A DNA stretch of 64,000 nt. It comes from Eledone cirrhosa (taxonomy: Eukaryota). The notes under the pieces were generated by a model. That model saw nothing but the letters and a program-made list of their open reading frames with translations, ran no database searches and was not told where the DNA came from. A program made the position numbers and the translations under genes. Within the stretch, counting starts at the first letter, position 1. Each line of letters begins with the position of its first letter. The stretch is from assembly GCA_964016885.1 (NCBI GenBank), contig OZ024740.1, positions 190,030,001 to 190,094,000 on the forward strand, given 5' to 3'. Positions 52,775-64,000 of the stretch are shown piece by piece.

Positions 52775-53160
52775 AAGATCCAGATGGAGGAGTTATCTTC
52801 AAGCCGATCATTGTAAGCCTCCACCTTTGCTCGGATGGCATCTGTGACCTCTTTGTACCATACCACAACTCTTTCTCTTGTAGAATTTAACAGCTGAAGC
52901 AGAAGCTACCGAGTTGAACAAACTCCACGCTCTCTCAAAGTCTTCAGTTTGAATTCCTTACCCAACAATGCTTCTCGAAAATGTTGTTCTGCTAGAGAAC
53001 AGGGCGCATGTTGAGGGTAGTGATACGGCCAACAGGAATGATGGTTATTGGGCGAATAATCAACACTGGACCAACAGTGGTAAACTACTACGGGAGATGA
53101 GGCAATGGGTGAAACTTGTAGTTCATAGGACAAAACTCACGACCCAATGACGTAGCTATA
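52775..53160. repeat. Diverged duplicate of 51360-51770 (RTE-derived composite)
   Basis: Shared blocks GAGTTATCTTCAAGCC, TGCTCGGATGGCATCT, CAGCTGAAGCAGAA, CCAACAATGCTTCT, GTGGTAAACT and CCCAATGACGTAGCTAT. Confidence 0.8.
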
Positions 53161-55446
53161 TGTCCGTTTTAATATCCGGAAAATCACTTAATCAAAAGAG
53201 AAAGGAAGCTGAAATGTTAACTCCTGTAGGAGTCGCATGCATAACTCATGGTGTTGGAAAGCATTTAGAACTTCCCATATAGTCAGTTTGAAATCTGTTG
53301 TCTACCTGGTGCGTTTTCCATCATATATCACTTCATATATTGTGATATATTTTAATTTCCTTCATAATCCATTATGCTTGACATTTCAATATATATCTAT
53401 TTCAATATATCCATTGTAATCAATCCCCTTACATGTATATGAAAACTGTTCCGAGCTGTTGCTCGTATTCACACATATGCCAATTTGACCAGATTTCGTA
53501 CTCTCTTTATATCTTAAGATTGCATTTTACCTATCATTTTAAGTAGAACGAAACAATTCTAGTTTTCTAAGTGAAAGTACAGCACATTTTCAGTACCTTT
53601 ATTGTGTTCGATCTACCATTCTATTTTTTTCAGTGTTCCATTTCTTTGACAAAACTCTGAAATGGCAATGTGGTACTAGACATAATTTCATTCTTTCAGT
53701 TAAAATTATATTTTGCAATCGAAACCTTTTCGAAATTATTGACAAATTGTGTTCTTATGGAACATATTTGATACCTCTTTCCTAGTTTCTTAAAACATGT
53801 ATAGGTTTATGATTATAAGAAAACGGTTTCAAATCAACTACATGTTTTCAGATTTACAAACATTGCCCCTTTTAAAAATCATTACACACTAAAATTAATC
53901 ATTATTCAAAATATATTCATGAACAGTCACAGCTAATTATATCTCATTGGTTTTTTGAGGGTCATGACTTTCAGCAAAATACAAGTTAACTTCTTTGAGA
54001 TATCATGTATCATTTTAAAAATGGGTGTGACATTCAAAAAGAAATATTAATTTAATCAATTTATGTCATTCATTCCATCAAGTAGAAATTCGTTTAATGT
54101 GACATATTAATCATTTTAACAGTATTTCCTTTCATTTTAGTTAAGTAAAAACATATCACAGGTCATTCATTTATCTATGAATTGTATCTGCACTTTATTG
54201 TTCAACAATATTCTGGAAATTAACGTTGGTGCAGTTGCTCTGGTTAATTGATTTCTCGTGTTCGTAATCTGAAATTAGTGTTTATGTCGTCTTGTGCACA
54301 TTCAATCCTTGACAGAGGCTGTTTTAATCTTTGAAATACTTTATTACATTCTGATTTCGTTCCTTGAGCACCACTTTCTTTGGGAATCTTGCTACAAAAC
54401 ATTACTCTATTTAAGAAATTTGAATACCCTAATATTGCTTATTTTATAGTTATTATTACGTTTTTATTTAATTTTTATTTTGGAAAGTGTATACCTAATC
54501 TAATATATCGATAACATTTAGTATTCGTTTAACATATTGTTGTATTATTTGCCGTTAAGGTGCTGATATACACTTGTTGCTCAGTAAATAATTCGTATTT
54601 GTGATGTGGTAATTTCAATATTTAATATACACCAATTCGTGGCAGAATGTATAATATTATTCATAAAAATGAAAATGATAAAGATATGTGACCTTCAATT
54701 TTGCTCCAAGTGTATGCAATAGAATAAGCGCGTGTGGCATTTTTTTTTACAGTAAACAGGAACAACATTGTCGAAATCATTAATGTTTCATTTGTTTGCG
54801 TAGACTTGTGGAAGTCCACCTAAGGGAAAATATATCTGATGAGAATTGTTATAAGTCCTATACCGTATTAAAATCAGTGTTGTGATGAACTGCTTTTATT
54901 TTAATCACCCAGCTTTAGTAACAATTAAACGCAATTATATCATACCCTATATTTACATAAGATTTACTCTTAAAATGAAACTATATCAAACGCCCTAATT
55001 TGAACTCTTACATATTACAATCATTTTAAATTTATTTATACTGATGTGAACACGTTAAATAATGTGGTAAACTGGAGAATAACTAGACCATCAGATAATC
55101 ACACTTGCGGTATTAATTTATTTCTTCGTACACAAAATATAGCCGAGCTCATATAGGGTTTTCATCATTCTGCTGTCGATTTCTCATTCTCCTTTTCTCC
55201 ATCTGCTAGGATTATCCCTATAATTCAAAGATACATCATTGTCGCATTATGTTATACTAATAAATCAGGTGAAACCAGGACCGTGGTGTACAGGTTCACA
55301 ATTGAGATTGTTGCTATTATTTTCTTATATGTTGTTTTTTTCTATTTTTTACCTTTTATTGTGTATTCCTGGCTTCACTCTCTAATTTTATTTTCACCAT
55401 TATCATCGTTATCACTAATTTTATTACTATGTTTGTTCTTGCTGTA

Positions 55447-55460
55447 ATTGTTGTTGTTGT

Positions 55461-55501
<41 letters not shown>

Positions 55502-55507
55502 ATACTG

Positions 55508-55567
<60 letters not shown>

Positions 55568-55593
55568 TTATTATTATTATTATTATTATTATT
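55447..55593. repeat. Compound (GTT)n(ACT)n(ATT)n microsatellite
   Basis: Direct reading. Confidence 0.97.
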
Positions 55594-56165
55594 ACACTTG
55601 CATTATACAACCACTGGTATTGTTTTAGTTCTCAATTTCCACATTTTTCCAATTTCTATCTCCAGGTCCTTATACTTGCTCAATTTTTCAAATGTTTTTG
55701 TAGATACATTCTTGTCTATTGGAACGGACATATCAATTAGCAGGCATACCCAATTTTTAAAGTCCTTCAGTATTATATCAGGTCTATTTGCATCTATTTT
55801 TCGGTCTGTTCGAATGCTAAAGTTCCACAACATTGAGATGTGATCTTTTTCAAGTATGGGAGGTGGTTGATGCTCCCACCAATACTTTTGATGGGGCAGG
55901 TCAAAATGTTTACACGTTATCCAATGTGTGTATTGTGCAGCTCTGTCATGCCTGTTTAGGTATTCGGTTGGAGCTATAGGACTGCACATTGAAATTATAT
56001 GATCAATGGTATCTTGTCGTTATTTACATACACTGCATAATGGGTTGCATCCATTTGTTATTATGTTGGCTTGGTAATTTTTTGTTGGCAGACACTGATC
56101 TTGTGCTGATATAATCAATCCTTCAGTCTCCGATTTCATTCCAGAGGAAGCCAACCACTGATGGG
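55594..56165 (-). mobile_element. R4/Dong-like family B, 5'-truncated and internally deleted
   Basis: THQWLASSGMKSETEGLIISAQDQ..YLNRHD..NRPDII..KYKDLEIEI. The coding sequence at IPVVV is joined to the terminal ~12 nt of the 3'UTR. Confidence 0.88.
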
Positions 56166-56188
56166 TTATTATTATTATTATTATTATT

Positions 56189-57868
56189 GTTCTTTGAGTC
56201 TCAGTTATTGATGTTAGTTAACTGGAAAGTTTGTTCAAATGAATATCAAGCCACTACCTGTAGCCTCACATATTCAGGACGTATCGGAGGGTTCTTACTG
56301 TTCCCAGCAAGCATGCCTTTTGAAGCGTTCAAAAATCGTGGCGTGGCCAATTTTCTTTAACCATCCCTGGAAACCTTTTGAGATAGTACCTAGTGCGCCT
56401 ATGACAATCGGGACCACTTTGACTTCATGGCAGTTACAAATCATTTTCACCTCCCACTCTAAGTCCTGGTACCGGTTAATTGTCTCCCTCTCCTTCTCTT
56501 GCACTCTCGTCGAATGGGCAGGCCACATCCACAATCAGTCACGATCTTTTTTCCTTGTCCAAAACCACCAGATTAGTTCTATTGTGTTCCAGTTTCTTGT
56601 CCGTCTGTATCCTAAAATACCACAGCACCTTCACCTGATCGTTTTCTATCACCGACTCTGGCTTATGCTCATACCACTTCTCAAAATGTGGTAAATTGTT
56701 TACTTTGCATAGATGCCAGTGGATCACCCTGCCCATCACATCATCTCTCCAGCCCTTATAGTGAGTCTGGGCAAGTTGTTTACACTCGTATACAAGGTGA
56801 GCCACAGTCTCCTCTCTCTCTGCACAGATCTTGCACAGCGGGCTAGCCTCCTCCTTGTAAATATGGTGTTTCAACCACTTCGTTGTGAGGGCCTGCTCTC
56901 GCGCAGCCATTAGCATTCCTTCTGTAGCCACTTTAAGGTCTTTTCTTTCAACCAGTTCCATGTCTGTGGATCTCTGATTCAGTTTTCTCAAAGAAGGTAC
57001 TGTGAAGGGATTTTTCATGAAGGCTTCTCTTTTTCCTTGTTGTTATTTCCTCCTTGGACATCCCCTGGTCTATTGTCCTCTCCTTCAGTATAATTCTGAG
57101 CATTGGCTCCTTACTATCAGTCACGTATTTGTGTAGGTTGTTTTTCTCCATCTGAACACAGTCCTCTATGCTGATAAGACCTATTCCACCTTCAGATTTC
57201 CTTAAGTAGAGTCTATCGACATCACTCCTCTTGTGGAGCATGTTGTAGATAGTCAATAGCAGCCTAGTCTTCCTATCCATTTCTTTTTGTTCAGCAACAT
57301 TTCATCTCAGAATTCCCGCATTGTAAATAATAATAGACACAGCTCGGGAATTTACTGCACTTATGGCATTCCTACTGTTCAGATGTGACTCTAATACACT
57401 CCTTATTCTCCGAATGTATTCAGATCTTATGAATTCCTTCATTTTTTGTTCTTGATGTCATAAGTCTCGAGAACACCCAAATACGTCTATCCTTCCTCAG
57501 TGTCAATTTCCTTTATCATCTCACCTGTTGGTACCTGGATGCCGTTGCTTCTGCTCAATTTACCCCTATTCATCACAAGGACTCCACACTTACTAATACC
57601 AAATTGCATACATATATCATTGTTGAAAATACGGACAGTGTCAACAGACACATCGAACTCCTCCTCACTCTTCCCGAAGAGCTTAAGTTCGGGCATGAAG
57701 AGGTGATGATTGATGGTAAGCTCTCCCTTTCCCAACTTGTATACTGCTCTCACTATTCATAGTATAAGGGTCAGGGGCATCAGGGCAAGAACAAACAACA
57801 GAGGGGACAGACTATCTCCCTGGAAGATACCTCTCTTGATATTCACGCCTCCCAAGGATTCTCCAGCT
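56189..57868 (-). mobile_element. R4/Dong-like family A, older decayed copy 3
   Basis: IKRGIFQGDSLSPLLFVLALMP and a degenerate FMDD (FMPE), with several frameshifts. (TAA)n on both sides. Confidence 0.9.
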
Positions 57869-57869
57869 A

Positions 57870-57902
<33 letters not shown>

Positions 57903-59468
57903 GTTATTGTTATTCCTTGAATCTCAGTCATTGATGTTGGTTAACTGGAAAGTCCGTTGGATTGAATATCAAGCCACTACCTGCAGCCTCAGATATTCAG
58001 GACGTATCGGAGGGTTCTTGCTGTTCCAAGCAAGCATGCCTTTTGAAGCGTTCCAAAAAGCGTGAAGGGGCCGATTTTCTTTAACCATCCCTGGAAACGT
58101 TTGGAGATAGTCCCCAGTGCGCCTATGACAATCGGGATCACTTTGACTTCATGGCAGTTCCAAATCCTTTTCACCTCCCACTTTAGGTCCTGGTATCGGT
58201 TAATTTTCTCCCTCTCCTTCTCTTGCACTCTCGTGTCGAATGGGCAGGCCACATCCACAATCAGGCACGATCTTTTTTCTTTGTCCACAACCACCAGGTC
58301 AGGTCTATTGTGTTCCAGTTTTTTGTCCGTCTGTATCCTAAAATCCCACAGCACCTTCACCTGATTGTTCTCCATCACCGCCTCTGGCCTATGCTCATAC
58401 CATTTCTCAGAATGTGGTAAATTGTTTACTTTGCACAGGCGCCAGTGGATCACCCTGCCCATCACATCGTGTCTCCAGCCCTTATAGTGGGTCTGGGCTA
58501 GGTGTTTACACTCGGACACAATGTGAGCCACAGTCTCCTCTCTCTCTCCACAGATCCTGCACAGTGGGCTAGCCTCCTCCTTGTAGATATGGTGCTTCAA
58601 CCACTTCGTTTTGAGGGCCTGCTCCTGCGCAGCCATTAGCATTCCTTCTGTAGCCTTTTTGAGGTCTCCTCTTCTCAACCAGTTCCATGTCTGTGGATCT
58701 CTAAATTCAGTTTTCTCAAAGAAGGTACTATGAAGGGATTTTCCCTTAAGGCTGCTCTTCCTCCTTGATGTTATTTCCTCCTTGGACATCCCCTGGCCTA
58801 CTGTCCCCTCCTTCAGTACAGTTCTGAGCATTGGCTCCTTACTATAGGTCACGTATTTGTATAGGTTGTTTTTCTCCATCTGAACACAGTCCTCTATGCT
58901 GATAAGACCTCTTCCACCCTCAGATCTCCTTAGGTAGAGTCTATCGACATCACTCCTCTTGTGGAACATGTTGTAGATAGTCAATAGCTTCCTAGTCTTC
59001 CTATCCATTTCTTTTTGTTCAGCAACATTCCATCTCAGAATTCCCGCACTGTACCTAATAATAGACACAGCTCGGGAATTTACTGCGCTTATGGCATTTC
59101 TGCTGTTCAGATGTGACTTCAATACGCTCCTTACTCTCCGAATGTATTCAGTTCTTAACAATTCCTTCATTTTTTTGTTCTTTATGCCATCAGCCTCCAG
59201 AACGCCCAAATACTTGTATCCTTCCTCAGAGTCAATTTCCTTTATCATCTCACCTGTTGGTATCTGGATCCCGTTACTTCTGCTCAACCTAACCCTCTTC
59301 ATCACAATGACTCCACATTTACCAATACCAAACTGCATACATATATCACTGCTGAAAATACGGACAGTGTCAACAAGCACATCCAACTCCTTCTCACTTT
59401 TCCCGAAGAGCTTAAGGTCGTCCATGAAGAGGAGGTGATTGATGGTAAGCTCTCCCCTTCCCAACTTG
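57903..59468 (-). mobile_element. R4/Dong-like family A, young 5'-truncated copy 4
   Basis: Uninterrupted frame, the same 3'UTR as the other A copies, and (TAA)n on both sides. Confidence 0.93.
57989..59464 (-). CDS. C-terminal 491 aa of an R4-clade RT/restriction-like endonuclease protein (5'-truncated, no true start)
   Basis: HLLFMDDLKL, YKYLGV, GGRGL, CCHC knuckle, RHD, RPD..D..K (PD-(D/E)xK). Confidence 0.85.
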   Translation of the reverse strand: MGRGELTINHLLFMDDLKLFGKSEKELDVLVDTVRIFSSDICMQFGIGKCGVIVMKRVRLSRSNGIQIPTGEMIKEIDSEEGYKYLGVLEADGIKNKKMKELLRTEYIRRVRSVLKSHLNSRNAISAVNSRAVSIIRYSAGILRWNVAEQKEMDRKTRKLLTIYNMFHKRSDVDRLYLRRSEGGRGLISIEDCVQMEKNNLYKYVTYSKEPMLRTVLKEGTVGQGMSKEEITSRRKSSLKGKSLHSTFFEKTEFRDPQTWNWLRRGDLKKATEGMLMAAQEQALKTKWLKHHIYKEEASPLCRICGEREETVAHIVSECKHLAQTHYKGWRHDVMGRVIHWRLCKVNNLPHSEKWYEHRPEAVMENNQVKVLWDFRIQTDKKLEHNRPDLVVVDKEKRSCLIVDVACPFDTRVQEKEREKINRYQDLKWEVKRIWNCHEVKVIPIVIGALGTISKRFQGWLKKIGPFTLFGTLQKACLLGTARTLRYVLNI

Positions 59469-59510
<42 letters not shown>

Positions 59511-59724
59511 GGCGACCTACGTATTAAAACGTATCATCGTGAGCTCCACAAAGGTTTCTTATTTTCAGTTGTTTAAAATTGCCATTTATGTAAAATGTTT
59601 ATTGTGAACTGAATATAAGTGCACATACATTGTTATCTGAAAAGGACTCCCAAAAAGATTGGGGCCTTGAACCCAAAATTTAAACTTTTATAATTATCAA
59701 ACAACATTTTTTCTTTGAAAACTC

Positions 59725-61822
59725 ATGGATGACTCAGAGTCTCTCCTTACTCACAAACTAACACCTCACACCGACACCACCATTGTAAATATTACTACGT
59801 TTGCCAACACTAAAAATATAAGCAGTAGTAATATTTTAAATTTGTGTCAGGCAGACATTCATTTCCCGCCATTACCAATGGCTGCAGGTGTTAAAGCCGC
59901 CACCACCACCGCCACCACCGCGACAACCTCACTTCCACACACCACCACCGCGACAACAGAAACAAAAGAAAAAACTAAATTAACTCGTGATATCGAAATG
60001 AATTCAACCAAAATGAACTCTTCTACACTGAACACCACTGACTGAACACCACTGAACACCACCATAACTGAAACTAAAATTAACAATAACAACAACAACA
60101 ATGAAATTAAGAAAACCACCCTGAGTTTTGCCAGAGCAGCAAAACAGTGCGAACCATTTCAGGTAACTCAGGAGGAATTAGTAGAATCCCCAAAAATGGT
60201 AAAGAAAGATGGGTATAGGGTCACCCCCCCCCCCCCCACACACACACCTAATGAAATGGAGCATCGGACAATTAACATAAAATCGCGCAGAGTCGAACGG
60301 GCATCCGAGTCCCAAATCAAAAAAGCTTTGGAACATGTGTGGGCAACAGAAACCCACATCAGACGTGTGCAGAAATATGGAACCGTGGATGTGTTCTTTG
60401 AAATACCACAGGAGGCTAGAGAACACTCCATGGCCTCATTAAGAAGTGACGACTTCACACTCGTCCCAAGCTATTGTGGCCAGAGACTCGTAAAGATCAA
60501 GGTGACCCACGTTCCACCGGCCATCGAAATTTCCTTTCTGATAGCTGCCGTCCTCGCCGGCTTCGAAGCCAACACCAAGATAATCAAAATAGCGAAAGAA
60601 AAGCAGGAGAACTGGTCCAGATCTGGGATGGAGCTCTTGATCCAAGCGGATCAAAAAAGCATTGAGGAGATCCCAGATGTAATAGGCCTCACTAACTTCA
60701 GCCACCTCACTGTAATCGTCGAGGGCAGAAGGCCTAGGTGTGTCGTTTGTGGTGAAGGAACCCACCTAAGGGCTTTCCACTCTCAGGCTAAAAAGGTGAG
60801 GCCACTTCTCTTACCCACGCCAGTGACTCAACCATCAACACCACCAGCAGCAGAGATGGCAGCAACAACTGTAGCAGCAACAACAGAAGCAACTGTAACA
60901 GCACAAACCCCAGCAACAGTAGCAAAAGCAACACCACCACCACACAACGCGCCATAACTAGCACCGGCGCCTACACCATCGACGCCACAACCAAAACTAA
61001 CGCCTGTGGAGGATTTTCCACTCCCGGCCTATCACAACTGGAGACAGATTGTGACGACGAGGAGTGGGAAACGGTATCAGGAAAAAAGAAAAAAAGAAAC
61101 CAAAAATGAAAAGATTCTCTTCCTTCCCCCTCCAAATACAAAATACAGAGGGAAACAAATAAACTATCAAACAAAAAAGTTAGGACAGATATGTCACCAT
61201 CCACACAGGCATCACCAACCCCATCACCACAAACACCAACACCATCACCATCATTAACCCCATCACCACCAACACCAACACCACAAAAGTCAACAAAAAG
61301 CGAAACAGAAACATACCCACAGCAAACGCAAACAAAACAAAACAACCAAAACTATACACACTACACAGCATTAAGGCATTATCGGTAGAGAGTCGGACGC
61401 CATGCTTTACAGCATAGTTACGTCCCTTTACGGACTGAGTTCAAATACCGCCGAGGTTAACTTTGCCTTTCATCCTTTCGGGGTCGATAAAATAAAGAAC
61501 CAGTAATTATCTGGGATAATTGCTGGCCTGGTGCCAAAAATAGAAACAATTAAATTTGAACAACAACACATTATTACACTACATCCAACTCAACACCGGC
61601 ATCACAGAAAAATACTACACAACAATCCAAAAGTTCACACCACCTCCACACATACAAATCACTCGCATCACACAGAAAACGTACACGACACTAAAACAAA
61701 TATTCACCAAAGACATCGGATACTTCCGACAAACACTCTCCAGGAGGACTTATAAGGACATCCTTCCGGAGGGGGCCACAGTGAAAAGGATGGACAAACC
61801 ATCCTTCCTCTACGAGAAGTAA
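59725..61822 (+). pseudogene. Tx1-like ORF1 variant 2, frameshifted and SINE-interrupted
   Basis: Pieces 59725-60045, 60196-60957 (KSRRVERASESQIKKAL..LVPSYCGQ..VEGRRPRCVVCGEGTHLRAFH) and 61556-61822. Confidence 0.85.
61375..61552 (+). mobile_element. SINE family S inserted in ORF1 of Tx1 copy 2
   Basis: B box GAGTTCAAATACC, family core and tail TAGAAACAATTA. Confidence 0.88.
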
Positions 61823-61861
61823 AGTAAGTGGTCTTTCCCATCTGTTCCACTCCATTTCAAC

Positions 61862-64000
61862 ATGACCTCACTCAGAATAGGCAGCATAAACGCGCGTGGC
61901 TTGGGGTCGTCATGGAAGCAGAGCGACCTGCTCAACGACCTCAGGTCACTAAATATAAATGTAGTGGCCATCAGCGAGACCAGAGTCTCCGAAGCACGGG
62001 CCTTCGCACCGAACTTCGGCGGCTACGATATGTACGCATCTCCCAGCCGTTCGGGATCGGGGGGTGGAGTTACTGTGCTTTTTCGGAGAGGTTTGTATCT
62101 CGCAATACGGGCCATGTTCCTGCACCCAGAAGGTAAGTTAGTTGTGCTAGACGTGACCAGCGGAGACGGGAATGCTTTCAGGTTAGTGGCCGTCTATGCC
62201 CCGACAGGAGCAGGGCGGCCTGATTTATTCCGGCGTCTGGAGACCTTTCTTGGAACGTCCCGCTCTTTAGTGTTAATGGGCGACGACTGGAACGGGATCT
62301 TAGATGCACGCTGGGACTGTGTGGGATCAGCGGATAGTGGAGGCGGGTGCAAGAGCCTCACCAACCTGCTCAGGCGTTTTGAACTGCCTGACAGGTACCG
62401 ATTGGATTTCACGAATGTGCCAATGTGGACTTGGACAAATCGCATAAGGTCATCCAGATCATATCTAGATAGAGTATTTTGTATTGAAATAGTTAGGTCT
62501 AGCACAGGCTGTCCACAATTCAAGATAGTCAGCTACACGGACCACAAAATCGCAAGGCCTACAGAGACCGGGTTAGCGAACTAGTTAAGCGGGCATTGAC
62601 GGGGGCCATCGTCAACAACAAGTGGTGGTTTGCTCTGAAAAGAGCAATTAGAATAGAGTCCATTACGTTTAGTAAGGCTTTAGCAATAGAGAAAAATAGG
62701 GCAGAGGGAGAATTAGTTAGAAAACTAGACGAGGCGCTTAGCAAAGGCATCGCGACCGACGTACTTGCGGCGAAATTGGCCCTTGACCAATTCTTCAATG
62801 CAAATCATGAAGGCTGCGTTGTCAGAGCTAGGGTGCGTGCTCTCAGACACGAGGGCACGAAAGTCGTTCAATGAGCCCCAGTGGCGGAGGCACGTCGTGG
62901 CTTCAAAGCCACGATCCGGTATTTGGTGGACCACGACGGGTGCATGCTACTCGATCTCGGAAAAACGTGTGAAGCTTTTCACCGACACTTCGCACAGATC
63001 TACGGGCCGGATCGAGGGATGGAATTTAGTGTTTACCTCAACGGACTGCCGCGGCTCTCGGCCACTGAGGCGGAGTGTTGCGAAAAGCCGATAACAATTG
63101 CTGAAGTACGGGAGGCAATGACTGGCTGCACAAGGGGTAAATCGCCTTGTTTGGATGGTCTGCCCTATGAACATTACGTACAGATGCCAGACTTGTTCGG
63201 AGGCCTCTTGGCGGACGTCTACTGCAACTGGGAATAGAACGGGAGAATTCCCAGCTCTGTGAGCCGAGGAGCTGTGGCGCTGCTGAGAAATGATCCGAAC
63301 AAGGGGGATAACATAGATAATTTTAGGCCCGTAACTCTGCTAAACACAGAATTCAAGATTTTGGCCAAGGTGCTAGCAAAGAGGTTGGAGCTTGTCGTTG
63401 ATGGTCTGGTGGGAGAGGCGCAGACATGCGCCATTCCAGACAGTCCATCCACAACAACCTCCACCTCATTCTATACATCGTAGAGAGGGTAGCAAGGGAA
63501 CATGGCACGGGTTGGTCCTTGATCAATTTAGATCAGTTGAAAGCTTTCGATAGGGTCTACCATCGTTACCTAGCGACAGTCCTGAGGGGGGCTGGCTTTG
63601 GGCCCGTCTTCAGAGGCTGGATCGCTGCCATGCACAGCGACATCTGCTCTGTGGTGAGAGTGAACGGTCACCTTTCGGAACCGTTCAACAATATTATCGT
63701 AGTGGTGTCGAACGCCAAACACGTCGAGGCGATCGACACTACACTAAGAGAATACGAAGCGTTGACAGGAGCAATGATCAACCAGGAAAAGTCACTGGGG
63801 CTGCAGCTCGGCACCTGGAGAGGCAGGTCCATGCCGTCCAACAGCGTCGTCGGGCGCTGGACGGACGGACCGGTTAAATTGCTAGGGGTCTGGTTCGGTC
63901 CGGACCTCCAGACGGACAAAAACTGGAACGAGGTGACGAGCAGGATGGCTTCTCTCACCCAGAAAAGGGCCGAGAGGAAGCTATCCCTGAAATGTCGAGC
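61862..64000 (+). pseudogene. Tx1-like ORF2 copy 2, disabled, with internal deletions
   Basis: The APE domain is open at 61862-62550. Deletions at about 62549 and 63690, the latter removing the QGCPLS and YADD motifs. Confidence 0.92.

Larger units (their letters stand above)
59511..64000 (+). mobile_element. Tx1-like element copy 2 (runs off the window end)
   Basis: Starts immediately after (ATT)n. ORF2 is collinear with and highly similar to copy 1. Confidence 0.9.

Noticed and set aside
55150-55240. Possible minus-strand host exon after TTATAG
   Set aside because: Short with early stops, no donor, and no recognisable product.
55356-55843. Poly-V/T/L ORFs
   Set aside because: Triplet microsatellite translations.

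Overview
AT-rich eukaryotic (animal) genomic DNA. I see no recognisable host gene, rRNA or tRNA gene, or CRISPR array. The repeat families suggest a cephalopod such as octopus, but that is inference. 1-40 kb is a transposon graveyard: (TA)n/(CT)n microsatellites, many copies of one tRNA-derived SINE (some in tandem arrays), a near full-length decayed RTE LINE (24.8-28.2 kb), a non-autonomous Helitron, DNA-transposon fossils, and Penelope-like ends carrying hammerhead-ribozyme motifs and long palindromes. 40.3-64 kb is a nest of non-LTR retrotransposons inserted into (ATT/TAA)n tracts of one polarity: seven R4/Dong-like pieces of two families on the minus strand and two Tx1-like elements on the plus strand. 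Main findings: (1) the two Tx1-like copies share a near-identical, already-disabled ORF2 but carry very different 5'UTR/ORF1 modules, one of them fully open; (2) two unrelated endonuclease classes appear to target the same (TAA)n microsatellite; (3) inverted duplications recur at (TA)n tracts; (4) there is a well-formed type I hammerhead at 37.4 kb. All identities and family assignments are by eye, not from database searches.
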